64,000 nt of DNA from a bacterium (GTDB lineage: Bacteria; Orphanbacterota; Orphanbacteria; JBJXGV01), in NCBI GenBank assembly GCA_046160485.1, contig JBJXGV010000001.1, positions 1,479-65,478 of the forward strand, given 5' to 3'. Below are positions 29,331 to 38,819 of this stretch, piece by piece. The notes under the pieces are model-generated. The model saw only the letters and a list, made by a program, of their open reading frames with translations, was not told the origin of the DNA and did not search any database. Made by a program: the position numbers and the translations under genes. Within the stretch, counting starts at the first letter, position 1; the number at the start of each line of letters is the position of its first letter.

Positions 29331-29819
29331 ATGATCTCAGACAAGGTTCAGAAGTCGCTTAACGGTCAGATCAACATGGAGCTCTACTCGTCGTACCTCT
29401 ACCTTTCGATGGCGTCGCACTTCCAGGCCGGGAATCTCAACGGTTTCTCGAATTGGATGAAGGCGCAGGCGAAGGAAGAGCTTCTTCACGCGATGAAGCT
29501 TTACGAGTACCTGCTCGAGCGCGGCGGCAACGTGGCGCTGGCGCGCGTCGATGCGCCCCCCGCTTCGTGGGCGACTCCGCTCGCGGCGTTCGAGGATTCG
29601 TACCGGCACGAGTGCGAGAACACGAAACTCATCAACGACCTGATGGGCCTTGCGATCGCGGAGCACGATCACGCGACCGCGATCTTTTTGCAGTGGTTCG
29701 TCACGGAGCAAGTCGAGGAGGAATCCTCCGCGAGCCAGATCGTCGAGAAGCTGCGCATGGCGGGCGGTACGCCGCCTGGGCTCCTCTTGCTCGACCGCGA
29801 ACTTTCGCAGCGCATGTAG
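29331..29819 (+). CDS. Ferritin (non-haem, Ftn-type)
   Basis: LNGQINMELYSSYLYLSMASHF, EELLHAMKLYEYL and QWFVTEQVEEE are the ferroxidase-centre residues. Confidence 0.9.
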   Translation: MISDKVQKSLNGQINMELYSSYLYLSMASHFQAGNLNGFSNWMKAQAKEELLHAMKLYEYLLERGGNVALARVDAPPASWATPLAAFEDSYRHECENTKLINDLMGLAIAEHDHATAIFLQWFVTEQVEEESSASQIVEKLRMAGGTPPGLLLLDRELSQRM

Positions 29820-29870
29820 TCTGCGCGCGCGATTTCTTTCCGCGAACGCGAAACGATTGAAGACGTCCGC

Positions 29871-30881
29871 ATGAGCGCCGCCGGTGAGCCAGTCCTCGTC
29901 ACCGGCGGCGCCGGCTTTGTAGGGAGCCACGTCGTCGACGCGCTCGTCGATTCCGGCGTGCGCGTCCGCGCCCTCGTGCGCCCATCGACAAATAGGAGAT
30001 TCCTCGACGCGCAACGCGTCGAACTCCGTGACGGCGACATCACCGACGGAAGCGACGCGGGACACGAACGCCTCGTTCGCGCGCTGGAGGGCTGCTCGAC
30101 GCTCTATCACGTTGCGGGCGTCGTGACGTCGGCGCGGAAGGAAAACTATCAGCGCGTCAACGTCGAGGGCGCGTCGCGCATCGCGCGCGCGGCGGCGGAT
30201 GCGGGCGTGCGGCGCGTCATTCTCGTGTCATCGCAAGCCGCGGCGGGGCCGAGCGGCTCCTCGGCGCCCCGCACCGAGCGCGATGCCGAGGAACCGATGA
30301 CGGCGTACGGGCGAAGCAAGCTCGACGGCGAACACGCCGTCCGCGCCGTCGCGAACGAACGCGGCCTCCAGATCGTGATCGTGCGGCCGCCCGCGGTGTA
30401 CGGGCCTCGCGACCGCGCATTCGTCGGACTCTTCAAGCTCATCCGCCTCGGAATCGTGCCGCTGCACGGCGCCGCTCACTCGCAGCGAATCAGCATCGTC
30501 CACGCCGCCGACCTCGCGCACGGCATCGTACTCGCGGCGACGCGCGCGCCCTCGGGCGCGACCTACTTCTTGACGGATGGCGCGCAGCACACGGCGATCG
30601 AACTCGCGCAGGCCATCGCGCGCGCCCTCGGGAAGAAACCCGCGTTTCTCACGATCCCGCTGCCCGTCCTCAGCGCCCTCGCGTTCGCCGCGGAGATCGG
30701 CGAACGCGTGACCGGCCGCGCGGCGACCGTGACGCGCGAACGTCTGCGCCAGTGGACCGTGCCGTACTGGACGATCTCCGATGCCCGTGCGCGCGCCGAA
30801 ATCGGCTACGCGCCTTCGCGCGATCTCGTGGCGGGAATGGCGGAGACGGCCGCGTGGTACCGGAGCGCGGGCTGGCTCTAG
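29871..30881 (+). CDS. NAD-dependent epimerase/dehydratase (extended SDR, HpnA/dihydroflavonol-reductase-like)
   Basis: VLVTGGAGFVGSHVV Rossmann motif and YGRSKLDGE (Y-x3-K). Confidence 0.75.
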   Translation: MSAAGEPVLVTGGAGFVGSHVVDALVDSGVRVRALVRPSTNRRFLDAQRVELRDGDITDGSDAGHERLVRALEGCSTLYHVAGVVTSARKENYQRVNVEGASRIARAAADAGVRRVILVSSQAAAGPSGSSAPRTERDAEEPMTAYGRSKLDGEHAVRAVANERGLQIVIVRPPAVYGPRDRAFVGLFKLIRLGIVPLHGAAHSQRISIVHAADLAHGIVLAATRAPSGATYFLTDGAQHTAIELAQAIARALGKKPAFLTIPLPVLSALAFAAEIGERVTGRAATVTRERLRQWTVPYWTISDARARAEIGYAPSRDLVAGMAETAAWYRSAGWL

Positions 30882-30899
30882 CGCGAACGGCGTTCGCGC
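30881..30899. terminator. Hairpin between convergent genes (epimerase / thioesterase)
   Basis: GCGCGAAC-ggc-GTTCGCGC is an 8-bp stem that overlaps the epimerase stop and lies 2 nt from the thioesterase stop. There is no U-tract. Confidence 0.35.
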
Positions 30900-30900
30900 G

Positions 30901-31419
30901 CTACTCGAGGTCCTGCTTCAGCAACTTGGCGCGGCGCGCAAGGCGATGCTTGCGCCGCTCGACCGCTTCGCGGTGGCGACGCCTCTCCTCCGCCGTCTCG
31001 AGTACGAGAGGCGGGACCTCGCTCGGCTTCCCGTTCTCATCGATCGCGACGAACGTGAGGTAGGCCGTGCTCGTGTGCCGCCGCTCCCCCGTCAGGATGT
31101 TCTCGGAGAGAACCTTCACGCCCACTTCCATCGACGAACGCGACACGTAGTTCACGCTCGAGCGCAGAATGATGAGCTGCCCGACTTTGATCGGCGAGAG
31201 AAAGTGGAGTTCGTCCATCGACGCGGTCACGACGTGCCGCCGCGAGTGCCGGTGCGCCGCGATCGCGCCCGCCATATCGATGAGATGCATGACGCGTCCG
31301 CCCAAAACCTTCCCGAGCGGATTCGTGTCGTTCGGGAGAACGACTTCGACCATTTCGGCGGCCGACTCGCTGACTCGTTTTCCGGGCCGGCTGCTCGCCG
31401 CTGGCTTCGCTTTCGTCAT
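30901..31419 (-). CDS. Acyl-CoA thioesterase (hot-dog fold, YciA/BFIT-like)
   Basis: VLPNDTNPLGKVLGGRVMHLIDMAGAIAA...ASMDELHFLSPIKVGQ. Confidence 0.8.
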   Translation of the reverse strand: MTKAKPAASSRPGKRVSESAAEMVEVVLPNDTNPLGKVLGGRVMHLIDMAGAIAAHRHSRRHVVTASMDELHFLSPIKVGQLIILRSSVNYVSRSSMEVGVKVLSENILTGERRHTSTAYLTFVAIDENGKPSEVPPLVLETAEERRRHREAVERRKHRLARRAKLLKQDLE

Positions 31420-31512
31420 ACGCGCCCTCCTTGCGGAAGGCGAGATTCTAGCATCGAGTTCGGCTCTGTCAATCGACGCGAACGCGCGGCATCTTCCGCG
31501 CGCGCCCGCCGC

Positions 31513-32445
31513 CTACGCGGCGAACGTGCTGAGAAACGCGGTCGTCTGCGTGCGCGTCGTTTCGAGGATCGCGGCGATGCGCGCCTCGTCCGTCAGCCCG
31601 AGCTCGTGGAAAGCCGGATCGAGCGTGAAGTCGCACTCCTTCGGGCGGCGATCGAATCCGAGGTGCTCCGCGACCTTGTCGCCGCAGTAAACGATGAGCG
31701 TCAGCGTGTGGTGCTCGCGCGAGCGCGCCGGGTGATGATGATTGCGAATCACCTCGATCGCGTTCGGCGCTAGCTTCCAGCGGTTCCCGACGTAACCGCC
31801 GACCATCTCGTGGAAGTCGTCGACGAGCACTTCTACCGAGTCGAGCCCGATCTCTTGCCCGGCCAGGTGCGTCTCCTCGATTTCAATGATCGAGTTGAGC
31901 AGCACGGGGCAGCCGATGTCGTGGAGCAAGCCGCAGAGAAACGCGCTCTCCTTTTCGACCTTGAGCGTCTCGGCGATCGTCGAGCACGCGATGGCGGTGG
32001 CGACGGAGTGCGTCCAATTGCATTCCATCATCTCGGCGTAACGCTTCGCCTTGAAGACGCGCTGGTGGAGCGAAAGGCTGAACGTGAGGTCTCGCAGCGT
32101 GCGAAGCCCAAGCAGCGTAACGGCGCTCTTCAGCGACGTGATTCGCTGGCGTCCGACGTGAAACGCCGAGTTCACGAGCCCGAGCACCTTGCCCGCGAGG
32201 AATTGATCGGCGCGAATGAGCTTTTCGATTTGTTCCATCCCGGCGGACGGATCGTTCGAGACCTGCAGCACCTTCGTCGCGACGGTCGGGAGCGCCGGCA
32301 CCACGAGTTCTTGCGCGTTTAGGCGCCGCTCCACGTCCCGCTTGATCTCGGCGAGCAATTCCTCGGCGACGCCGTGAGCACTTCCGCCCACGTCGTAGGT
32401 TTCGTTGTTTTTCGGAGGCGTGTACTTCTTTTCGACGGTCTTCAT
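31513..32445 (-). CDS. HDOD domain signalling protein
   Basis: LPTVATKVLQVSNDP...IEKLIRADQFLAGKVLGLVNSAFH...LKSAVTLLGL...GLLHDIG. Confidence 0.8.
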   Translation of the reverse strand: MKTVEKKYTPPKNNETYDVGGSAHGVAEELLAEIKRDVERRLNAQELVVPALPTVATKVLQVSNDPSAGMEQIEKLIRADQFLAGKVLGLVNSAFHVGRQRITSLKSAVTLLGLRTLRDLTFSLSLHQRVFKAKRYAEMMECNWTHSVATAIACSTIAETLKVEKESAFLCGLLHDIGCPVLLNSIIEIEETHLAGQEIGLDSVEVLVDDFHEMVGGYVGNRWKLAPNAIEVIRNHHHPARSREHHTLTLIVYCGDKVAEHLGFDRRPKECDFTLDPAFHELGLTDEARIAAILETTRTQTTAFLSTFAA

Positions 32446-32540
32446 CCGCGGGGTTGCTCCTATGGATGCGAGTTGCCAAAGCGCCGGACCTGAGCTGTCT
32501 CGCCTAACTTCTAGAGTGTCGGCAAATCCTGCGGAAAGGT

Positions 32541-33302
32541 TTAGCTCGGACGGCGAGGCGGAGGTGTCGCGGCGCGGTGTTTGATCTGGGCGGCGATCGT
32601 GTGGAAGAGGTTGACCTCGCGCTCCTTGAGAAACGAGCGCAGGAGCAGGTTCCGAAGCGAGAGGCGCACGCGCTTCCCGACGTTCGCCGGAAATGCGAGC
32701 GAGTCGATCGCCTCGTCGAGGCTCGCGAACATCCGCTCGAGGCTCTCGGAGCGCGCAAGCGACGCGGCGGCGGCCGGGGTCGGCGCGCCGGGAATGACGC
32801 GACCTCGGGGGCGCGGCAAATTCTCAGCGGTCTGGGCGCGCCGCCACACGTACGCGAAAACCATGACGCACTGCGCGAGATTGAGCGACGGCTGGTGGAC
32901 CGCGAGCGGGACACGCGAGACGTGGTGGCACATCTCGAGCTGCTCGTTCGTCAGCCCCGTGCGTTCATTGCCGAAGACAAGCGCGACCGGCGCCGTCGCC
33001 GAGATGCTGAGGGCGAGTGCTACCGCCTCCTCCGGGTCGAGGAACCGCAGATCGCGGTGGCGGCGGCGCGTCGTCGTACCGATGACGAGCGCGCAATCCG
33101 CGACGGCAGCAGCGAGGTTCGGAAAGACCTTCGCGGCGTGAAGAAGCCGCTGGGACGAGTGGGCCATGCCGTGCGCGACCTCCGTCAGCCACGGCTCCGT
33201 CGGCGCGACGAGCACAAGATCCGAGAGACCCATCGTCTTCATCGCTCGCGCGACGGACCCGATGTTGCCGGGCTCCTGAGGTTCGCAGAGAACGATGCGC
33301 AT
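32541..33302 (-). CDS. SpoU/TrmH-family RNA 2'-O-methyltransferase (TrmJ-like)
   Basis: MRIVLCEPQEPGNIGSVARAMKTMG...LVFGNERTGL...PSLNLAQCVMVFAY. The internal ATG at 33302 is chosen. Confidence 0.75.
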   Translation of the reverse strand: MRIVLCEPQEPGNIGSVARAMKTMGLSDLVLVAPTEPWLTEVAHGMAHSSQRLLHAAKVFPNLAAAVADCALVIGTTTRRRHRDLRFLDPEEAVALALSISATAPVALVFGNERTGLTNEQLEMCHHVSRVPLAVHQPSLNLAQCVMVFAYVWRRAQTAENLPRPRGRVIPGAPTPAAAASLARSESLERMFASLDEAIDSLAFPANVGKRVRLSLRNLLLRSFLKEREVNLFHTIAAQIKHRAATPPPRRPS

Positions 33303-33327
33303 GATGTGGCGTCCGGCGCGGCCGGAG

Positions 33328-33771
33328 CTAGCGGGCCGTGTCGAGGGCGCGAGCGCTCTCGACGAGGCGCGCGACCGCGTCCTCCGCGAGGACGGAGCAG
33401 TGCAGTTTGTCGGGCGCAAGCCCGCCCATCGCGTCGGCGACCGTGGCATTGCGAAGCGCGAGTGCCTCGTCGAGCGTACGGCCGGAGAGAAGTTCGGTGA
33501 GCACGCTCGATGCCGCGATCGCCGCAACGCATCCGAGAGTGTGAAAGCCCGCGGCCTCGATACGTCCCGCGCGAACGCGCGCGTAGAGCCGCATCGTATC
33601 GCCGTCGTCGGGATGCCCGACGGTCACCTCCACGTTGCCGCCCTCGACGGGGCCGACGTTGCGCGGGTTCCGGAAGTGGTCGAGCGTCGTTTCGCTATAG
33701 CGCGAGAAGGCGCGCGCGGCGCGTGGCGCGTCCTCGTCGTCTTCGTTCTTGTTTCCGCTCTCGTGGCGCAT
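33328..33771 (-). CDS. IscU/NifU N-terminal-domain-like protein with the first cluster Cys replaced
   Basis: YSETTLDHFRNPRNVG, GCVAAIAASS and LHCSVLAEDA match IscU. The GxPxCGD position reads GHPDDGD. The ATG at 33771 is chosen. Confidence 0.65.
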   Translation of the reverse strand: MRHESGNKNEDDEDAPRAARAFSRYSETTLDHFRNPRNVGPVEGGNVEVTVGHPDDGDTMRLYARVRAGRIEAAGFHTLGCVAAIAASSVLTELLSGRTLDEALALRNATVADAMGGLAPDKLHCSVLAEDAVARLVESARALDTAR

Positions 33772-33905
33772 GATCGGCGAGAGTATCGGCGAGCGCGCCC
33801 GATTGCGCAAGCAACGCACGCGCGCATTCGCGGCGCAAACGAGGATCGTGTTGAGAGACGCGCCCCACTCCCCTAGCATGGACGCTCTTCGGAGGGCTCG
33901 CGACG

Positions 33906-35162
33906 GTGGCAGCGGAAAAGACGCGTTACGGAACGCTCGCGGGGATCGTGCTCGTCTCCGCGGTGCTGCGGCTTTTCTATCTGATCGTCGCGCCGGACAG
34001 CGTGGCGTTCGAGAACGGGCTCGCCGGCTCGGACGACGAGAAGTCGCACATGAACTACGTGCTCGCGCTCGAAATGGGAAACGCTGTGCCCGTGCAGACG
34101 GACTCACCGAAATCCCCCGGCGCGTTCGAGCGAAACGCCTTCGAGTACTACCAGCCGCCGCTCTCGTATTGGCTCGGCGCGCGCGTGCTCGAGGCCAGCG
34201 GCGCCCATCTCTTCGCGTTGCAGGTGCGTTGGGTGCGCCTGCTCAGCGTCGCCCTCGGGATCGTTCAAGTCATCCTCTGCTGGCCAATCGTGCGCCGCGT
34301 TTTTCGCGATCGCGCCGACGCCGAGGCGGCATTCGCGATCGCGGCGCTTCTCGGCGCGCACGTGAAGGCGACCACGTTCGTCAGCAACGACGCGCTGGCG
34401 TTTCTGCTCTTTACGCTCGCGATCCTCGTCGTGATTTGGCGCGAGGAGCGTCCGGCATCGGTCGGGCTCGATGTTGCGCTCGGAGCGGTCATCGCGGCGG
34501 CGTGGCTAACGAAAAGTTCAGCGAGCGTGCTCGTCGCGTTCGTTGCTGTCGCGGAGGTCGTGCGCGCCCGCGCGCGGCGCGACGGACGCGGCGCCTTGGG
34601 TGCCGGGCTCGCGATTCTCGCGGGGACGCTCATCGCGGCGCCGTGGTATGCGCGCAACCTGCGTGTGTACGGCGAACTCTTCGCGATCTCGGTGAGCCAC
34701 GGGCCGAAGTTCGACTACCCCGTGACCGCGGAGTACCTCGTGGGGCGGCTACTCCATCTTCCATACGAGATGTTCTTCGCGTGGTACGTCGAGCATCCGA
34801 GTCCGCTCTTTGCGCTCCTGACGAAACTCGAATACGTCTACCTCGCGGCGGCGATCGTTCTCTTCGCGGTCGGGGCGAAGCGGCGTGACGACGCGCCGCT
34901 CGCGACGCCGGCCGGCCGGCTCGTGTTCTTGCTCTTCGCACTCAACACGCTCGCGCATGCCGCCTATTCCGCAACGTACGGATACTTCGGCCCGCGGCAG
35001 ATCCTCGGCGCAGTGAGCGCGTGGGCGGTGCTGCTCGCGCTGCCGGCAATCGCGGCAAGCCGCGCCGCGCGCGGTCGTATCCCGCCGCTCGCGATCGCGG
35101 CCGCGCTCGTACTCCCGAAGCACATCGAGTGCCTGATTCGATTCGTCGCCGGCGCGCGGTAG
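33906..35162 (+). CDS. GT-C fold membrane glycosyltransferase (GT39/ArnT/PMT_2-like)
   Basis: About 10 TM segments and a first-loop acidic motif SDDEKSHMNY, with the general PMT_2 layout. Confidence 0.5.
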   Translation: MAAEKTRYGTLAGIVLVSAVLRLFYLIVAPDSVAFENGLAGSDDEKSHMNYVLALEMGNAVPVQTDSPKSPGAFERNAFEYYQPPLSYWLGARVLEASGAHLFALQVRWVRLLSVALGIVQVILCWPIVRRVFRDRADAEAAFAIAALLGAHVKATTFVSNDALAFLLFTLAILVVIWREERPASVGLDVALGAVIAAAWLTKSSASVLVAFVAVAEVVRARARRDGRGALGAGLAILAGTLIAAPWYARNLRVYGELFAISVSHGPKFDYPVTAEYLVGRLLHLPYEMFFAWYVEHPSPLFALLTKLEYVYLAAAIVLFAVGAKRRDDAPLATPAGRLVFLLFALNTLAHAAYSATYGYFGPRQILGAVSAWAVLLALPAIAASRAARGRIPPLAIAAALVLPKHIECLIRFVAGAR

Positions 35163-35215
35163 CACGGGCGGATCGGTGACGCGCCGGCGTGGCATCGCCG
35201 TGTCGAGCCGATCGA

Positions 35216-36262
35216 TCAGCCGCGGCCGAGGTGGCGAATCACGACGAGCGCGCGGGCGACTCGCGTCGCGTGGAGCGTCTCCCAATACGGCGCGAGCTCG
35301 CCGCCGAACGCGCGTTTGAAGCGCGCGATCGTCGGCGTATTTGCGCCCATAAAGTCAAATACTACATTGGCTTCAGACGCATCTCTCAGGATCTTCCAGA
35401 GCATGAGAGAGAAGCCTCCCTCCGCCATGTGCTCTGGCGCCGTCCCCGCGATCCAGGCGTAGCTGGCGTGCGCGTCGGCGATCTGAATCTGGAACGCGTG
35501 GTCCGCGCCATCGGCCCCGCGGACGACGTACGCGCGCGCGATTCCTTCGCGAAGCAAGCGGTCCGCGAGCGTCGAAAGCACCGATTCGGGAACCGGCGGC
35601 GGTGTGCGATGCCGGCGATACGACGCGGCGTACGCGGAGATCAGTTCCGAAGTTTTCTCGACGCGCTGCACGACGAGTCCCGCCTCTTCGGCGCGACGGA
35701 TCTTCTTGCGCGCGTTGTGCTCGAACGACGCGAGCATCTCCTCGGATTCGCGCGGCGCGATGCGGTACGTATAGCGCGGCGTCACGCGCCAGCCGGCCCA
35801 CTGGAAGGGGCGCGTGTCGGCAAGTCCCGGCGCGTGCGTGAATCGCGCGAACGCGAACCGCTCGCGCACTCCGGCGACGAGCGCTTCGAGAATCTGCTCC
35901 GTCTCCGAGATCGACCGCCCCGAGCGTTCGTACTCGGGCAGATCGAGCAGAACCCCCGCGTACCCCGCGACGACAGGGGGATTCGTCATGGCTAACCCGG
36001 CGAAGTGACGCTCGTAGGTCGGTACTCCGCCAACAAGTACGCCGTTACGGAAAACGCCGAGGATGCGACCGCGCCGGCCGAACGCGTCGGCGAGCGCGTT
36101 CGTCCAACGTGTGCTCTGAAACACCGTCGCGTGCGGCGCGCGATCGACGAGCGCGTCCCACGCGGCGATCTGGTCCGCGCCGAGAAACTCCGTCTCAAGC
36201 CGGGTCGCCACGATGACCTCCGTCGTGCCGCGCGAGGAGTTCCGAGCACGCCGCGAAAACAC
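35216..36262 (-). CDS. FemAB/CelD-like GNAT-fold transferase
   Basis: The length and the motifs ATVFQSTRW...FEHNARKKIRRAEEAGL...FDFMGAN resemble the Acetyltransf_6/FemAB family. The start is uncertain: a GTG at 36211 would reduce the overlap with the upstream GT9 gene. Confidence 0.5.
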   Translation of the reverse strand: MFSRRARNSSRGTTEVIVATRLETEFLGADQIAAWDALVDRAPHATVFQSTRWTNALADAFGRRGRILGVFRNGVLVGGVPTYERHFAGLAMTNPPVVAGYAGVLLDLPEYERSGRSISETEQILEALVAGVRERFAFARFTHAPGLADTRPFQWAGWRVTPRYTYRIAPRESEEMLASFEHNARKKIRRAEEAGLVVQRVEKTSELISAYAASYRRHRTPPPVPESVLSTLADRLLREGIARAYVVRGADGADHAFQIQIADAHASYAWIAGTAPEHMAEGGFSLMLWKILRDASEANVVFDFMGANTPTIARFKRAFGGELAPYWETLHATRVARALVVIRHLGRG

Positions 36263-37292
36263 GTTCGACGGGTAACTCCGTCATGCAGGCATGCCACGCG
36301 CATCGGGTGAAGTTGCAGAACGAACACGGCACGGCGTGATGAATCGCGACGTGGCGCGATGGATCGTAGGCGTGCCACTCCGCGGGGTTCGTCGGGCCGA
36401 AGAGCGTGACCGACGGCGTCGTGAGCGCCGCGGCGATGTGCGAGATTCCCGAGTCGGTTCCCGCGACGAGCCGCGCTAGGGCGACGAGCGCGGCGGCGGT
36501 GCCCAGATCGCCGTCGGGCGCGAGCGAAACCCGTTCGTGCCGCGCGCCGGCGATAACGGCCTCCGCGACGACGCGCTCGCCGGGTCCCCAGAGTACGAGC
36601 ACATCGGCGGCGGCATCGCGCGCAAGCATACCGGCGAGCCGCGCGTAATTAGCGGACGGCCACGCCTTCGTCGCCCACTTCGCCGCCGGATTCACGAGCA
36701 CGAGCGGACGGCTCGCGCCCACGCCGCGCTCCGCGAGCAGGGCGCGCACGCGCTCGCGCGCGTGGGCCGGGACGCGCAACACGAGCGACTCGTCCGAGAC
36801 GCGCACACCGAGCGGCTCGATCATCGCGGCGTTCACGCGCACCGCGCTCCGCATGATCGCCTTGCCGTCCGCGTCGGCGACGAATCGCGGAACGCGGCGT
36901 GTGTACGCGTACCGCCGGCCGCGCGTGTCGTAGCCGACGCGCACCTTCGCGCCCGACGCGAAAACGACGAGCGCGCTCCGCGGCCCGCCGTGCAGATCGA
37001 TCGCCCAGTCGAATCGCCGCGCCCGCAGCTTCGCGAAAAATTGCGCGCGCATCGCCCCGCGCCGCAGGAACGGCAGCGCCGGATCTTCGAACGCATCGAT
37101 CACGAGGGCCTCGTTCACGTGCGGATTCTCCACGACGAGCGGCGTCATATTGCGCCGCACGGCGAAACTGATCCACGCCGATGGGAAGCGTTCGCGCAAC
37201 GCACGCGCCACCGGGGTTGCCAACAACACATCGCCCGCCGCGCGCGGTCGCACGAGGAGAATGTTTCGCGGCTCATCGAGGGAGGGATGCAT
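36195..37292 (-). CDS. Glycosyltransferase family 9 (heptosyltransferase-like)
   Basis: ILLVRPRAAGDVLLATPVARALRERFP...GTDSGISHIAAALTTPSVTLFGPTNP. Confidence 0.8.
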   Translation of the reverse strand: MHPSLDEPRNILLVRPRAAGDVLLATPVARALRERFPSAWISFAVRRNMTPLVVENPHVNEALVIDAFEDPALPFLRRGAMRAQFFAKLRARRFDWAIDLHGGPRSALVVFASGAKVRVGYDTRGRRYAYTRRVPRFVADADGKAIMRSAVRVNAAMIEPLGVRVSDESLVLRVPAHARERVRALLAERGVGASRPLVLVNPAAKWATKAWPSANYARLAGMLARDAAADVLVLWGPGERVVAEAVIAGARHERVSLAPDGDLGTAAALVALARLVAGTDSGISHIAAALTTPSVTLFGPTNPAEWHAYDPSRHVAIHHAVPCSFCNFTRCAWHACMTELPVERVFAACSELLARHDGGHRGDPA

Positions 37293-37375
37293 TTTCGCGG
37301 CGGGATGTTAGCACCGGCCCGAGGCGCCGCATAGCGATCGCGGCCGGGAAAGCGCCCACGGCCGCGATCGCCCCT

Positions 37376-38314
37376 CTAGCGAACTCGAGGGCTCGTCTGC
37401 GCGACCGCTACGGTGTCGACAGCGCAGCCCACGCCGCCTGCGCCGATCTGCCCGCAGTCGCCGGCATTCGCCGCCGCGCAGGGCGAACCGGAAGAGATCG
37501 AGAACGTGGCGCGCTCGCAGAAGAGAGGGTCGGCGTGAAAATCGGAGGCGCCCGGCGCGCACTCCGTGGAGTAGTCGGTGCCGTTCGCGAAAAACGCGTT
37601 GCACGAAAGAACCGGCGAGACGATGAAGCACGCGATTCCGAAGTTCGTGCTCTCGACGATCACGTTGCGTTCGATGCGCGGCTCCGTGAAGACTGTTCGT
37701 ATCCCGCAGTCGTTCGCGCCGACGATCGTGTTGCGAGTAATGAGCGGCGCTGCGCCGTTGGCGACGTCGACGCCGAAGATACCGGGTTCGACGATGACGT
37801 TCCGCTCGACGATGCTGTTCGCATCCTGGCCGCTGCAGTAGACGCCGAAACGCGAGACGCTATCGATGGCGCAATCGACGAGGCGCGAGCCCGCGGCGAG
37901 AAGTCGCACGCCGTCGTTCAACGAGCCGGCAAGCCGCAACCCGCGAACCGTGATGCCGAGCACGCCGGAGGGGACGACGATTCCTTGGCCGCGCTGCGCC
38001 ATCGTAAAGCGCAGCACGGGCCGCGCCGCGCCGCCGACGACCGCCTCGCTTTCCGGGCGCCCCATGAGCGTCACGCCGGTGTGTCCCGCGTCGAAAACGA
38101 GGCTGCTGTCGATCATGTACTCGCCGGGCGCGACGAGAACCGTGTCGCCCGGCACCGCCATGTCGAGCGCCGCATGGAGTGTCATCGCGTCGCCCGGAAA
38201 ATTGACGATCGCGGTTTCCTCCGGTGCTCCGGGCGAATCGTCGCCGCAGCCCGTCGCGAACGTCAGCGCGCAGAGAACGAGCACCGCGCCGCGGAGGTGC
38301 TTCCGGAGCGCCAT
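37376..38314 (-). CDS. Lipoprotein with right-handed parallel beta-helix repeats (NosD/CASH-like)
   Basis: MALRKHLRGAVLVLCALTFATGCGDD lipobox, and the repeated motifs SIVERNVIVE, LITRNTIVG and RIERNVIVE. The ATG at 38314 overlaps the upstream stop by 1 nt. Confidence 0.65.
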   Translation of the reverse strand: MALRKHLRGAVLVLCALTFATGCGDDSPGAPEETAIVNFPGDAMTLHAALDMAVPGDTVLVAPGEYMIDSSLVFDAGHTGVTLMGRPESEAVVGGAARPVLRFTMAQRGQGIVVPSGVLGITVRGLRLAGSLNDGVRLLAAGSRLVDCAIDSVSRFGVYCSGQDANSIVERNVIVEPGIFGVDVANGAAPLITRNTIVGANDCGIRTVFTEPRIERNVIVESTNFGIACFIVSPVLSCNAFFANGTDYSTECAPGASDFHADPLFCERATFSISSGSPCAAANAGDCGQIGAGGVGCAVDTVAVAQTSPRVR

Positions 38315-38763
38315 CACGACGGAAATTGCGCCGGCCGGAGCCCGATATCGACGATCGAACACGCGAGAATGGGGCGCAGCCCGAGCGCTTCCGCCGCGCG
38401 AATCACCTCGTCGCTCTCCGCTCCCGGGTTGAGATAGAACTCCGCCGGACGCGCCGCGGCGATGTCGGGAAGAAGCGAGAGCAATCGTTGCGGGGGAAGG
38501 TAGACGGAGATCCTGTCTAGCGGGCGCGGGACGTCGCGAATCGACGCGAAGGCGGGAAGCCCCTCGATCGACGTCGCGGTAGGATGAATCGGGAAGACGT
38601 CGTAGCCCGCGGCGAGATGCGCGCGCACCGACTTGTTTCCGAATTTGGAACGGTCGCTCGACGCGCCGAGAATGGCGACACGCGGCTTCTGTTCGTCGGC
38701 CACCGGATCCTCCGTAGCGCGCGATCGCCCGCGACAACTCGCGGGCACGACGCGCACGGGCAT
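38314..38763 (-). CDS. CoA-binding domain protein (YccU-like)
   Basis: RVAILGASSDRSKFGNKSVRAHLAAGYDVFPIHP...VYLPP...FYLNPGAES. The start may be the GTG at 38703. Confidence 0.75.
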   Translation of the reverse strand: MPVRVVPASCRGRSRATEDPVADEQKPRVAILGASSDRSKFGNKSVRAHLAAGYDVFPIHPTATSIEGLPAFASIRDVPRPLDRISVYLPPQRLLSLLPDIAAARPAEFYLNPGAESDEVIRAAEALGLRPILACSIVDIGLRPAQFPS

Positions 38764-38819
38764 CCTAGCAGAAGGCTTCGCGCCTCGCCACGATCGGGCG
38801 CGTACGCGAGCGCTCTCGA

